A stretch of DNA of 64,000 bases from Azolla caroliniana (GCA_043228905.1 JBHGNT010000014.1:13020001-13084000), one strand, 5' to 3'. Positions 10,611 to 23,215 are shown, counted from the first letter of the stretch. Numbers and translations are program-made. Notes: generated by a model from the letters alone, not told the origin.

Positions 10611-13600
10611 TGTGGAGAATCGACACTTCGATTCACCTTCTCCACTCGGCCACAACCGAGTAATCGCGGATCAATGCAGCAGAAAATAGGAACCAAACGG
10701 AGAAACAAAACGCGAACACAAGGATTAACGTGGAAAACCCTAGATGGGAAAAACCACGGGAGTACAAGACTCCAAACCAACACTATACAAAGAGAAGTAT
10801 ACAATGGCGAGCTGCAAGGCGACGACCTTGAGCTCGCTGTCCTCGCCACTGGCGGTGGAAATACACAGAGGCGTCGACCTCTTCCTCTCTCTCTCTCGCG
10901 CGATCTATCTCTCTCTCACGGCTGCTCTCTCTCTTCACTCCTCTAGAGTGGAAAAACAGAAAAATGAATAGCAACGACAAAACTGTTTGCCCTAAGTCAT
11001 ATTTATACACATATGACTTTTAGGGCTATTTACAACTATAGCCTCAAGGGCCCTTGGCAAACATATTCGCAGATATGTCCCCGCATCCGGATCTCTCTCC
11101 GGGTACATTCGTCATCCGGTACCGAAACCGGGGTCTTCATCATCCGGTTCCGAAACCGAAACCGGGCTTGTCGGCATTCACCTTCGGACATCCGACCATC
11201 CCATCCGAAAGGGACCATAATCCCAACAAACTCCCCCTTCACTTCGGTATGGGATGTCTCTCCAATCCTATCCTCTTCCGGCATGCTTCCAGCTTGTCAG
11301 GTGTAAGCACCTTGGTCAGCATATGCGACCCGTTCTCGTCCGTGTGGATCTTCGTCAGCACGAACTCCTTGTCTTCTATCCTTTCCCGGATCCAGTGATA
11401 TCTTCGCTGGATGTGCTTCGTCCGGGAGTGATAGGCCGCGTTCTTCGCAAGGTGGATTGCGCTCTGACTGTCGCAGTAGAGTCGGTACTCCTCCGGTCGG
11501 ATACCGAGCTCTCTAATGAAGTCCTTCATCCATATCATTTCCTTGCCGGCTTCAACAGCCGCCATGTACTCCGCCTCCGTGGTTGACAACGCAACCGTCT
11601 TCTGCAGCCTCGACTGCCATGAAACAGCTCCACCTGCATACGTCATCACATACCCTGATGTGGACCGGCTGGTATCTGCATCAGCCGACATATCCGAATC
11701 GGTGAAGCCGTCGAGTTCGGGCTTACCGGAGCCGAATCGGAGGCACACGTTTGCCGTGCCCTTCAGGTATCGGAGTATCCACTTGGCCGCGTTCCAATGC
11801 TCTTTGCCGGGATTGCTCATGTACCGGCTCACCACTCCGACTGCATATCCGATGTCCGGTCTCGTACACACCATGGCGTACATCAAGCTCCCGACGGCTG
11901 AGGCATACGGCACTTTCATCATATCCTCCTTTTCAGCCTTTGTCTTGGGACTTTGCTTGCTGGACAGCTTGCAGTTTGCCGGGAGGGTCGATCCGACCGG
12001 TCTTGCTTTCGACATGTTGAACCGGTGAAGCACCTTCGTCACGTACTTCTCCTGTGACAACCACAACAGCTTCTTCTTCCGGTCCCGGATGATGTGCATC
12101 CCTAGTATTTGTCTCGCCGAACCCAGGTCCTTCATTGAGAAGGTTCGGTGAAGAGCCTTCTTCAGCATCCGTATCTTGACCTGGTCCCGTCCGACAATCA
12201 ACATGTCGTCCACGTACAGGAGGAGTATTAGAAAGTCTCCTCCTTCGAACTTCTTCACAAACACGCAGTGGTCGGACTGCGTTTTGAGATACCCTTCGTC
12301 GTTCATGAAGGAGTCGAACTTCCGGTACCATTGCCGGGGGGCCTGCTTCAGTCCGTAAAGGCTCTTCTTCAACCGGCATACCAGGTGCTCCTTCCCTTTC
12401 TTCTCGAATCCTTCCGGTTGCTGCATGTAGATCTCTTCATCGAGGTCACCGTGAAGGAATGCCGTCTTCACGTCCATCTGTTCTACCTCGAGGTCCATGC
12501 TTGCCGCTATGCTCAGCACCGTCCGGATGGAGGTCATCTTCACTACCGGGGCAAATATCTCGTCGAAGTCGACGCCCTTCTTCTGCTGAAACCCCTTCAC
12601 CACGATCCTGGCTTTGTATCTCGGGGGGTTTCCGGCATCTCCCGGTTTCAGCTTGAACACCCACTTGTTACGGAGTGCCCGTTTTCCTTTCGGCAGCTCC
12701 ACAAGTTCATATGTGTGGTTCTCATGCAGGGAATCCATCTCGTCCTGCATGGCACTCAACCACCTGCGGCTCTGGGTGTCATGCTTTGCCTCTTCAAAGC
12801 TCTCCGGCTCCCCCTCGTCGGTTAGCAGCACGTGCTCTGGTTCCGGAAATCTCCGGGGGGCCCTTCTCTCTCTTAGAGGATATCTCCGTTCTGGAGCTTC
12901 GGTAACCGGTTCTTCCGATTCTTCTTCATCCGAATCCATTTCGGGATCGGGGCCGGTTCCGGTATCATTTTCATCTTCTTCGGCCGGTTCTGTTTCTTCA
13001 CCGTCTTCGGCCGGATCCTCGAGTGCTAACCGGTCCCTTGCCGGTCGGGACTGCTCCTCGTAGAGTTGATCCTCACCGATCGACTTGGAGCTCTTCATCT
13101 TCTTCTCCGACTCCCAGTCGGCGAGTGTCTTGTTCTCCATGAAGATGATGTCTCGACTCCTGAATATCTTCTTGTCGACCGGGTCCCATACTCGGTAGCC
13201 GAACTCGTCGTCGCCGTAGCCGAGGAATATGCATGGCCGGGTCTTTGGATCTAGGTTTCCTCTCCGGTCCTTTGCCACATGCACGTATGTGAGACACCCG
13301 AACACCTTCAGATGCCGGTAGGATACTTCCCTACCGGTCCACACTCTCTGCGGCGTGTCTCCGTCCAAAGGTACTGAGGGTGATCGGTTTATCACATATG
13401 TCGCCGTCGACATTGCCTCAGCCCAAAACCCCTTGGGTAATTTCGCATGTGCCAGCATGCTCCGGACCCTCTCCATTATGGTCCGGTTCATCCTCTCGGC
13501 CAGCCCGTTCAGTTCCGGCGTCTTCGGCACAGTAATCTCGAGCCGGATTCCCTTCGAGCGACAGTACTCCTGGAACTGTCCCCGGTATTCCCCTCCGTTA

Positions 13601-15960
13601 TCCGCTGGTATCGCTTTCAGCTTCTTGCCGGATTCTCTTTCCACTCTCGCGTGGAGTTCTTTGAAGACGGACAACACTTGGTCCTTTGTCTTCATCGGTG
13701 CCGTCCACAGTCTTCGGCTATGATCGTCTATGAATGTTACGAAGTACTGGGCTCCGCCATGTGACTTCGTTTCTACCTGACACACATCGGTGTGCACCAA
13801 CTCCAATGGTGCTCTACGTCTCGTCGGTGGCCTTGAGTGGAAGGAGGTTCGGTTCTGCTTACCGGCCAGGCAATCGGTGCACTTCTCCAGGTGCACATGC
13901 TTCACTGGAATAAGGTTGTCTTCTGCAAGCCTCTTCATCCCCTTCTCACTCATGTGACACAGTCTTTTGTGCCACAGCTCACCGGTAGTGTCGGCTGCCA
14001 CATTCAGCTCTTCCGGACATAACCGGGCATTCATAAGGTACAGTGTGTTGTCTTTACGGGCCCGAGCCACTATCAGGCTCCCCTTGCTGAACTTCATCAC
14101 GCCATTCCGGATGCTACCTGTGTAGCCTTCATCGTCTAGCCTCCCGGCCGAAATCAGGTTCAATCGAACCTCCGGAACGTGTCGGACATCCTTCAGCAGC
14201 ATTTTGCATCCGGTCGGGGTTGTCAACCACACGTCTCCTATGCCGGCAATCCGGCACGTACCTTCATTTCCCATTCGAACACAGCCATGCTCACCGGCTG
14301 TGTAGGATGAGAAGTATCTTCTCTCCGGGGTCAGGTGGAACGATGCTCCGGAATCGACCACCCAGGTCGTCTCATCGCCAGCAATGTTTAGTTCACCTTC
14401 TTCGGTGATGACCATGATTTCTTCCTCACTTGCCGCGAGTGCCGTCGTTCCTTTCCTGTCCTGCCCTCGCCAATCCGAACCTCTCCGGTCCGTGGCTCCC
14501 CGGTATGCACCGTTTCTCTCCGGTGACTTCTTCGAATCGGTGTCGTCGGCTCCGTTGTCTTTTCGGTAATGCCGACAATTCTTTCGGAAGTGCCCCGGCT
14601 TCCCACAGTGGAAGCATGTGGGCCTTCCTCTTGACTGCGACCGGGTCCCCGACTTCTCCCGTCTTTGCGGACTCCGGTTCCATTGTCTTCCCCGATCCGA
14701 TTCGGTAAGCAGCGCCTTCGGGTCGGAGGCCGGTTCTTTATCTCTCCGACGCGCTTCTTCATTCAAAATACTCGTCTTTACCGTTTGCAAGGACAAGTTA
14801 TCTTCTGTGCAGGAGGTGCTGAGAGTCACCACCAAGTTCTCCCAGCTTTCCGGCAATGTACACATCAGGATGATGGCTTGCATTGCATCCTCCAACGGGA
14901 ACTTGATCGCCGCAAGCTGATTCACGAATCCCATGAACGTGCTTACGTGTTCCACCATACTCTCGCCGTCCCGATACTTGAGGTTCACTATCTTCCTCAT
15001 CAGGGAGGTCCGGTTCAACGCATTCTTCCTCTCGTAGAGGCCCGACAGCTTCTTCCACATCTCACATGCGTTGGTGTCGTTCGCCACATGTTGTAGGACG
15101 CTTACATCGACATATTGTCGGATCGTCGCTACGGCTTTCCGGTTCAGGAGCTTCCACTCCGACTCAAGTACCCCTTTCGGTATTTCCGACCTGTCAATCG
15201 GTTCGTACAGGTCCCGAACAATCAGAAGATCCTCCATATTGATCTTCCAGTCGGCGTAATTCTGCGCATTCAGCACCATCATCCCCGGCTGCCCGCTGCC
15301 GCCGCCTTCCATTTTCTGCAGCAGTTCGCTCTGATACCAGTTTGTGGAGAATCGACACTTCGATTCACCTTCTCCACTCGGCCACAACCGAGTAATCGCG
15401 GATCAATGCAGCAGAAAATAGGAACCAAACGGAGAAACAAAACGCGAACACAAGGATTAACGTGGAAAACCCTAGATGGGAAAAACCACGGGAGTACAAG
15501 ACTCCAAACCAACACTATACAAAGAGAAGTATACAATGGCGAGCTGCAAGGCGACGACCTTGAGCTCGTTGTCCTCGCCACAGGCGGTGGAAATACACAG
15601 AGGCGTCGACCTCTTCCTCTCTCTCTCTCGCACGATCTATCTCTCTCTCACGGCTGCTCTCTCTCTTCACTCCTCTAGAGTGGAAAAACAGAAAAATGAA
15701 TAGCAACGACAAAACTGTTTGCCCTAAGTCATATTTATACACATATGACTTTTAGGGCTATTTACAACTATAGCCTCAAGGGCCCTTGGCAAACATATTC
15801 GCAGATATGTCCCCGCATCCGGATCTCTCTCCGGGTACATTCGTCATCCGGTACCGAAACCGGGGTCTTCATCATCCGGTTCCGAAACCGAAACCGGGCT
15901 TGTCGGCATTCACCTTCGGACATCCGACCATCCCATCCGAAAGGGACCATAATCCCAACA
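10611..15960 (-). mobile_element. Intact Ty1/copia element (Tnt1/Tork-like)
   Basis: 618-bp LTRs 10611-11228 and 15343-15960 (~3 differences), TSD TAAAG both sides, Met-tRNA PBS (TGGTATCAGAGC, 15328-15339 minus), PPT at 11229-11239. Confidence 0.98.
11239..15312 (-). CDS. gag-pol: Copia Gag-Pol polyprotein (~1357 aa from MEGGGSG)
   Basis: Uninterrupted ORF: CFHCGKPGHFRKNC, WVVDSGAS, LWHKRLCH, HTD/FIDD/NGLAER integrase, LYVDDML RT, FTDSD and TKHI RNase H. Confidence 0.97.
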   Translation of the reverse strand: MEGGGSGQPGMMVLNAQNYADWKINMEDLLIVRDLYEPIDRSEIPKGVLESEWKLLNRKAVATIRQYVDVSVLQHVANDTNACEMWKKLSGLYERKNALNRTSLMRKIVNLKYRDGESMVEHVSTFMGFVNQLAAIKFPLEDAMQAIILMCTLPESWENLVVTLSTSCTEDNLSLQTVKTSILNEEARRRDKEPASDPKALLTESDRGRQWNRSPQRREKSGTRSQSRGRPTCFHCGKPGHFRKNCRHYRKDNGADDTDSKKSPERNGAYRGATDRRGSDWRGQDRKGTTALAASEEEIMVITEEGELNIAGDETTWVVDSGASFHLTPERRYFSSYTAGEHGCVRMGNEGTCRIAGIGDVWLTTPTGCKMLLKDVRHVPEVRLNLISAGRLDDEGYTGSIRNGVMKFSKGSLIVARARKDNTLYLMNARLCPEELNVAADTTGELWHKRLCHMSEKGMKRLAEDNLIPVKHVHLEKCTDCLAGKQNRTSFHSRPPTRRRAPLELVHTDVCQVETKSHGGAQYFVTFIDDHSRRLWTAPMKTKDQVLSVFKELHARVERESGKKLKAIPADNGGEYRGQFQEYCRSKGIRLEITVPKTPELNGLAERMNRTIMERVRSMLAHAKLPKGFWAEAMSTATYVINRSPSVPLDGDTPQRVWTGREVSYRHLKVFGCLTYVHVAKDRRGNLDPKTRPCIFLGYGDDEFGYRVWDPVDKKIFRSRDIIFMENKTLADWESEKKMKSSKSIGEDQLYEEQSRPARDRLALEDPAEDGEETEPAEEDENDTGTGPDPEMDSDEEESEEPVTEAPERRYPLRERRAPRRFPEPEHVLLTDEGEPESFEEAKHDTQSRRWLSAMQDEMDSLHENHTYELVELPKGKRALRNKWVFKLKPGDAGNPPRYKARIVVKGFQQKKGVDFDEIFAPVVKMTSIRTVLSIAASMDLEVEQMDVKTAFLHGDLDEEIYMQQPEGFEKKGKEHLVCRLKKSLYGLKQAPRQWYRKFDSFMNDEGYLKTQSDHCVFVKKFEGGDFLILLLYVDDMLIVGRDQVKIRMLKKALHRTFSMKDLGSARQILGMHIIRDRKKKLLWLSQEKYVTKVLHRFNMSKARPVGSTLPANCKLSSKQSPKTKAEKEDMMKVPYASAVGSLMYAMVCTRPDIGYAVGVVSRYMSNPGKEHWNAAKWILRYLKGTANVCLRFGSGKPELDGFTDSDMSADADTSRSTSGYVMTYAGGAVSWQSRLQKTVALSTTEAEYMAAVEAGKEMIWMKDFIRELGIRPEEYRLYCDSQSAIHLAKNAAYHSRTKHIQRRYHWIRERIEDKEFVLTKIHTDENGSHMLTKVLTPDKLEACRKRIGLERHPIPK

Positions 15961-15965
15961 TAAAG

Positions 15966-16648
15966 TTACGCCATTTTATGCTTATACGGGATGTCACCCC
16001 CGGTGGAGTGTACTTGAAACCCCAGAGGTGTCCACAAATCCGTGCGCGGAGGATCGTTTGGAGCGGTTACGCAAGATACAAGCGGATTTATCTACTCATC
16101 TCCAGCAAGCTCAACAAACACACAAGGTCTACGCGGATCGTCATCGACTTCCATCTAGTTTTAATATTGGAGATCGGGTGTGGTTGCTACGACGACACAT
16201 CAAGACTACTCGCCCATGTGAGAAGTTGGATTATCGACGATTAGGTCCTTTTCGTATTATTGGAAAGATTAATGATGTTGCTTTTCGTCTCGATCTACCT
16301 CCTCAACTTCGGATACATCCGGTGTTTCATAGTTCTCTCTTCGAACCCTACCACGAGAGCACCATCCCAGAACGTCTTATCCAACCTCCACCCCCGATCG
16401 AGCTTGAAGATGGGCCGGAGTACGAGGTTGCCGCCATTCTTGATTCCAAGATTGTTCGCAACAAGCTCTACTATCTAGTCGATTGGCTAGGCTATAGTCC
16501 CAGCGAACGTACTTGGGAACCGATCGAGAATGTAACCAATGCTCGTGCTCTTCTTGAAGACTTCCATCGTCAATATCCACACAAACCGGGTCCTCAATCC
16601 AAGACGACTCGTGACACTCGTCGTTTTAAAGGGGGGATAGTGTCATGA
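15966..16648 (+). CDS. pol: Pol part 2 of element A (integrase C-terminus, GPF module, chromodomain)
   Basis: Removing the copia and one TSD gives in-frame STK|VTPFYAYTG; chromodomain EYEVAAILDSK...YLVDWLGY...TWEP with aromatic cage; stop lies inside the 3' LTR. Confidence 0.93.
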
Positions 16649-16935
16649 TATGGCAAGACTCGAACCCATGACCTTAGGTTATATGGGTCGAGCTCTTGAC
16701 CATTAGACCATCTATTGTAATACGTAGGATATTATTTTCATTTACATTTTATTATAGGAAATTAGTGTATATTCCAGATTTCTCTGGAACATTCTAGAAG
16801 CTTCAGGATTACTCCTGAAAACACTATAAAAGAGGGCACTAGGCATTATGTTGAACCAAATTGGTTCAACGCCAGTCTTAAGCCTTTTAGCCACCGTTGT
16901 ATATTCTCTTCATATAATAAATATCTTTCTTATCA

Positions 16936-16974
<39 letters not shown>

Positions 16975-17078
16975 GTCTCGCTCACTTTTTCCTTCTCTCG
17001 AAGAAGTTCCACACCTCTCATAGTACTAATCCTTCGTTTAGTACTAACTCCTTCTCTGTCTCAGTACTGTTCATGACA
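16641..17078 (+). repeat. 3' LTR of element A
   Basis: Direct repeat of 6035-6484 followed by TSD GCTTC. Confidence 0.97.
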
Positions 17079-18076
17079 GCTTCGACTCCATTGTTGATAG
17101 GTTGTTGCCCATTCCTTTTCACTTGATACATGCCTCTTCCCATACTTCTTTCTGGTCAATGAGGACATCTTGTTGAGATGTGTCCCTCCTCTTGACAACA
17201 ATAACTAATTACTCCTTGATGCCCTCTAGAGCCACCACCCTCGGGAATAGAGTTGTGAATTTCTTGGGATTGTCGCAAATGGGCCATCATTTCATCAAAG
17301 CATTGATTCACCAAGGCCATTGTACCTTGTTCACTCTTTACTTGCTCCACTTCTTGAGATATATTTGTTGGATTTATTGTTGTGGTAGTATACACATTTG
17401 GAAACACTTGTCCACCGTGCACAATTGAAGATGAGGATTGAAGATTGGTGCGAGGCATTAAATTTGCATCCAAAGTCGTCATTTGGGGAAACCCCATGGA
17501 ACTCATCATCTTCACTTGTCGATCATTACCTTGACAAACTTGGAGAAGTGCTTGAAAAGTTGTTGGATCCTTCAAGCTTGCCTCCAAACGAAAATGCATG
17601 TCCAGCCCCATCTTGAATCGTTCCATCTTAAACCAATCGTCTTCAATGCCACCATGAAGACGAATCCACATCGTCCACAAATCCTTGAAATTTCTTTCAT
17701 ACTGTATAAAACCAAAAGATGATTCCATATCTAGTCAAAAAAGCTCCTCCCTTACTTCCGTTGCACTTCATCATGGAATGTATCTGGAACGAAACTGGTG
17801 TACTAAGAATTGATATTCTCCTTGTTCGTTTGGTGGAAGAGACTCATACCAATCTCGAGCTCGACCATAGAATATAGCTACCAACAACGGCAACATCTCA
17901 TGGTCAGTGACACGTCTAATAGAGATGGCATGATGCTCAAAGGATGCAAAAAACGCACCAGCATCTTGTGTTCTTTCACCCGAAAACGCGAACTACATTG
18001 CTTAGTTAATGTAATACACTAACACCAAGAAAGAATAGGACCTCCCTCCTATATAGAAAGGATTCGCCCTCCCTGG

Positions 18077-21000
18077 TGTCATGATATGGCAAGACTCGAA
18101 CCCATGACCTTATGCTACATGGGTCGAGCTCTTACCATTGACTATGAATTGTAATTTGTAGGATATTATTTTCATTTATGCTTTATCATAGAAAATTGAT
18201 GTATATTCCAGATCTCTCTGGAACATTCTAGAAGCTTCAGGATTATTCCTAAAAACAATATAAAAGGAGGCACAAGGCATTGTTTTGAACCAAATTGGTT
18301 CAACGCCAGTCTTAAGCCTCTTAGCCATTTTGTACTTATCCTTCACATAATATATTGGTTGTTATCATCATCTCTCTCTCTCTCTCTCATCCTCGCTATC
18401 TCTCTTTTCGCTTCTCTCTCTCTCTCTCTCTCTCGGGAGTCTTACGTAGTCCCGTCCTCTTAGTACTAATAGTACTGGTCTTCTTTAGTACTAATTCCAT
18501 CTCTGCTTAGTACTATTCCTGACAGTTTGAACCAATTTTTCCTCCTACCCTTTTCCCTATACTATGGCTATTGTTAGTGCCCAAGAATATCAATCCGTTT
18601 TCTCCGAGCTACAATGCTTAAAAGAAAAATTTGTTGCCTTGGAACAAGAAAACCAACAGCTGATAGGGAATCTGCAACAAATCGCTCTTAGTAGAAAAGG
18701 AACAAACGCAACAACAGCATGGGGAGTTAGCGTTAGGGGTGCAACAACTCGAAGCGGCATTGCAACAACAAGGATCAAGTCCCCAAGGATTTCATAAAGA
18801 GCCGAAGATTGGACTTCCTGTGAAATTTGATGGAACGCGATCGCAATTCAGGGGATTCCTTAATCAGGTACAATTAGTCCTCCAAATGCATCCTTCCCAA
18901 TACCCCACTGATGCATCCCGAGTCGGCTTAATAGGCACGTTGCTTAGCGGCTCAGCCTTAGCATGGTTTGCTCCGCTTCTAGAAAAACAATCGCCCTTGT
19001 TTAATAACTTTGAAGATTTTATAAGTGAGTTCAAAGCCTGCTTTGGAGACACCGACAACATTAGGACGGCGATCAACAAGATCCGGCGATTGCGTCAAGG
19101 CGATCGTCCAGCCTCTGCCTACGCGGCAGATTTCCAGCTACTCGCTTCTGACATACCCTGGGATGATCAAGCACTAATGGAGCAGTTTCGCTATGGCCTA
19201 CGAAATGGTGTCAAAGATCTACTTCTAACCTTCCCCAAAGAACCAAAATCTCTTACGAAGACAATTAGTCAAGCAGTCCGATGTGACAACCGCCTTTTTG
19301 AACGGCGTTCGGAACGTCAATTACAGATACCACACGCTAGGCCGGAGCCCACTTACGCCGCAGTCGCGGCTAAACCGTTTGCATGAGACATACCTCATGC
19401 AAATACTTCGACACCGATGGAGATCGATACCATGCGTCGATGTGGCCCGTTATTGGAAGAAGAAAAGCAACAACGACGTGCAAATCGATTATGTCTTTAT
19501 TGTGGTGGACCAGGGCATATCGCAATCAATTGTCCCCATAGGCCAAGAAGATAGGTAAATCAAATTGTAGCCTGTACTAAACCCGAGTCAATTCTTCCCT
19601 TAGGAGTGTCTGATAGTATTAATAGTACTAATAGAGTGTTTGATAGCATTCACAGTACTAATAGCCCAAGTATCTCAAATAAATTTGAAATCCTTAGTAA
19701 ATTAGATGAAGAGTTAAACGATTGAGTCCAGCCAAAATAGGAGCCGTTTGGTTGGACAGCAGCCCTAGATCTGTACAGCCCATTAGTGGTTCCATTCCTT
19801 CCAAGCAAGTTAGCAATGTGTTCCTAGCCCAAGTCATTGTTAGTACTAAAAGTACTACCCTAGTACCCATCCTAGCACTTTTAGATTCCGGAGCTAATTC
19901 CTGTTTCATGGATCGAAATTTTGCCCAAGCTTCTCAGATATCCTTAAGAAAACTTCCTTGTCCCGCATCTGTAGTAGTCATTGATCGTCGTCCCATTGCT
20001 TCCAGGAATATTGTAGAAGAATCAGAACCCATTCAAGTTGTCCTAGGTAGTTTTGTGTGTGTAATATCATTTAATATAATTAGTAGTCTAGAGCATCCCA
20101 TTGTCCTAGGATTACCTTGGTTTGAATTTCATAATCCAGCCATAGATTGGAGAACAAGAGAAGTCCGATATCGACCACCCCAAGAATCAACTCACCGAGT
20201 TTCGACCATTTCACTCCATCAACTACGCGAAGAAGGACCCAAGGAGGCAATGTTCCTATTTGCAATATCAGTACATCCTTCTAGCACTATTAAGAAGGAC
20301 TCCTCAGTACAACTTCCGGCAAAATATCATCCTTATGCTGATGTATTTGACAAGGTAAAAGCCGGTACCCTTCCTCATCACCGTCCCTATGACTGTCCCA
20401 TCGATTTACAACCAGGAACCGAGCCACCATGGGGACCAATTTACAACTTGTCACCCACCGAGTTAGAAGTCCTTCAAGCCTACATAGAGGAGAACTTGGC
20501 AAGCGGGTTCATCCGTCATTCGAAATCTCCGGCCGGTGCACCCATCTTCTTTGTCAAGAAGAAAGATGGCTCACTTCGTCTTGTCGTTGATAACCGTGGA
20601 TTGAATAAAGTCACCATCCGGAATAGGTATGCACATCCTCTTATACAGGATTACTCGAAGATTATTTTACCTCTCACACAACTTACGAAGAAGGGCCAAG
20701 CATTTCTTTGGTCCATAGAAGCAGATATGGCTTTTCGGCATCTTAAGAAAGCCTTTACATCATCACCGATTCTAGCTCATGTGGATACAAGCAAACCATT
20801 CATCATGGAGGCCGACGCATCAGATTTTGCCCTCGGTAGCATCCTTTCTCAACAAGGAGATAAAGAAGAGTTGCATCCGGTGGCTTTCCATTCACGCAAA
20901 TTCGATGTCGCAGAAATCAACTACGAAATACATGACAATGAGTTATTAGCCATCGTGGATTCATTTGTACAATGGCGGCATTTCTTAGAGGGCTCTCCAC

Positions 21001-23215
21001 ATCAGGTCTTTGTCTTTAGCGATCATAAAAATCTTGCTTATTTTTAGAACGGTGGCATACTAAATCGACGGCAAGCTCGGTGGGCACAATTCCTCATGCG
21101 TTTCGACTTCAAAATCACATATCGACCCGGGAAGCAGCAAGGAAAAGGTAGATGCACTATCACGGCGTTCATATATTGCACCTCGTCCTGGTGACGCAAC
21201 ATTTGATAATCAAAAGCAAGTAATCTTGGGACCAACACGATTGCACACGACGCGGATTTTTCACACCCCAATGGATTCACGGATTACCGATGACATACGT
21301 GCAACCTTGAACACGGATAGTTTTGCTCAAGACATCCTGGCGCACATTGATACTTCTCGGGCATCCTGTTCTCGATCTCAACAACCAGTTATTGACTACC
21401 GACAATTCGAATATCATGATGGTTTGTTATTCTTTAAAAAGTGCGTATATCTCCCCTATTGCTCCTGTCGCCTTCAAATCGTCCAGTATTGTCACAACAC
21501 TCATACGGCGGGACATTTCGGTAGTACTAAGACGTTGGAGCTAGTGCACCGATCTTTTTGGTGGCCCCACATGCGCCGTTTTGTCAACGACTACGTTCGG
21601 ACCTATGATGCTTGCTGCCGAGCAAAGATGCCACGACACCATCCATATGGCTTATTGGAAGCCTTACCAATTCCAAGTAAGCCATGGCAGTCTATTTGTC
21701 TTGATTTTATCACAGATCTGCCAGTTTCGAAGGGGTTCGATGCTATCCTAACCGTCGTCGATCGATATACGAAGATGGCACATTTTGTGCCGTGTACTAA
21801 AGCCATCAATAGCGAGGAAACCGCCGCTCTTGTTATATGCATGAGGTATTTCGGCATCATGGCCTCCCAGACAGTATTATCAGTGACCGAGGACCGCAAT
21901 TTGTCTCCAAATTTTGGCAACATCTCTTCAAGATGCTCAAGGTCTCCTGCAACCTCTCCTCCAGCTACCATCCTCAGACCGACGGGCAGGCGGAACGAAC
22001 AAACCAAACGCTGGAGCAATATCTCCGGTGTTTCCTGAGTTATCAACAGGACGATTGGGCCGAGATTCTCCACTTTTCGGAGTTTGCGTATAATAATGCT
22101 ATTCACTCCTCGACTCGAGTCTCCCCATTTTTCGCTTATACCGGTTTCCATCCTCGCTGGTCGATGATCGACACCCCGGAGCTACCTACCAACCCTCGTG
22201 CCGAGGATCATTTGAAGAGGCTACCCTTCGTCATGCTCAACACACACAAAATACTTATGCGGATCGTCATCGGATTCCCTCCTCTTTTGCCATCGGAGAT
22301 CGAGTATGGCTCTTACGTCGTCACATCAAGACTACTCGACCATGCGACAAGTTGGATTATCGACGACTCGGTCCCTTCCGTATTACGGGTAAGATTAATG
22401 ATGTAACATTCCGCCTTGATCTCCCTTCGCAACTTCAAATACATCCGGTTTTCCATTGTTCTCTTCTTGAACCTTATAAAGCAAACACCATTCCTGATCG
22501 TGTGACACCACCGCCGCCCCCACTGGAGTTCGACGCCGGCCCGGAGTATGAAGTTGCTGCCATCCTCGATTCCAAACTTGTTCGCAACAAACTTTATTAC
22601 TTGGTTGATTGGCTTGGTTATAGTCCGAGTGAACGTACTTGGGAACCCGTCGAGCATGTTGCCAATGCACAGGATCTTCTTGCTTATTTCCAGCAAAAGT
22701 ATCCGGACAAACCCAACCCGCAATTAGCGCCGACTCATTCCACTCGTCGTCTTTAAGGGGGAGATAGTGTCATGATATGGCAACACTCGAACCCATGAAC
22801 TTATGCTACATGGGTCGAGCTCTTACCATTAGACTATGAATTGTAATTTGTAGGATATTATTTTCATTTATGTTTTATCATAGAAAATTGATGTATATTC
22901 CAGATCTCTCTGGAACATTCTAGAAGCTTCAGGATTATTCCTAAAAACACTATAAAAGGAGGCACAAGGCATTCATTGTTTTGAACCAAATTGGTTCAAC
23001 GCCAGTCTTAAGCCTCTTAGCCATTTTGTACTTATCCTTCACATAATATATTGGTTGTTATCATCATCATCTCTCTCTCTCTCATCCTCGCTATCTCTCT
23101 TTTCGCTTCTCTCTCTCTCTCTCTCGGGAGTCTTACGTAGTCTCGTCCTCTTAGTACTAATAGTACTGCTCTTCTTTAGTACTAATTCCATCTCTGCTTA
23201 GTACTATTCCTGACA
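18077..23215 (+). mobile_element. Chromovirus B, defective sister family of A
   Basis: LTRs 18077-18524 and 22768-23215, TSD CCTGG (18072-18076, 23216-23220), same self-priming PBS; gag and pol have frameshifts/stops; RT core deleted; chromodomain in 22352-22756. Confidence 0.95.
18564..22756 (+). pseudogene. gag-pol: Disrupted gag-pol of element B
   Basis: ORF fragments 18564-18797, 18739-19386, 19722-21047, 21226-22038, 21837-22406, 22352-22756 all align to A proteins. Confidence 0.92.

Larger units (their letters stand above)
6035..17078 (+). mobile_element. Ty3/gypsy chromovirus A (Tcn1/Tf1-sushi-like), full length, interrupted by a copia insertion
   Basis: LTRs 6035-6484 and 16641-17078 (TGTCATG...CATGACA), TSD GCTTC (6030-6034, 17079-17083), PPT AAAGGGGGGATAG 16628-16640, gag plus PR-RT-RH-INT-chromodomain. 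Confidence 0.97.

Noticed and set aside
10305-10946. 213-aa ORF and the extended pol C-terminus VWRIDTSIH...
   Set aside because: Chimeric read-through across the gypsy/copia junction, not a gene.
11254-15259. Many plus-strand ORFs opposite the copia polyprotein
   Set aside because: Expected shadow ORFs of a GC-rich coding strand; no recognisable domains.
15313-15387. N-terminal extension MWPSGEGES of the copia ORF
   Set aside because: Begins at a non-ATG codon inside the LTR and crosses the PBS; ATG at 15312 is the more plausible start.
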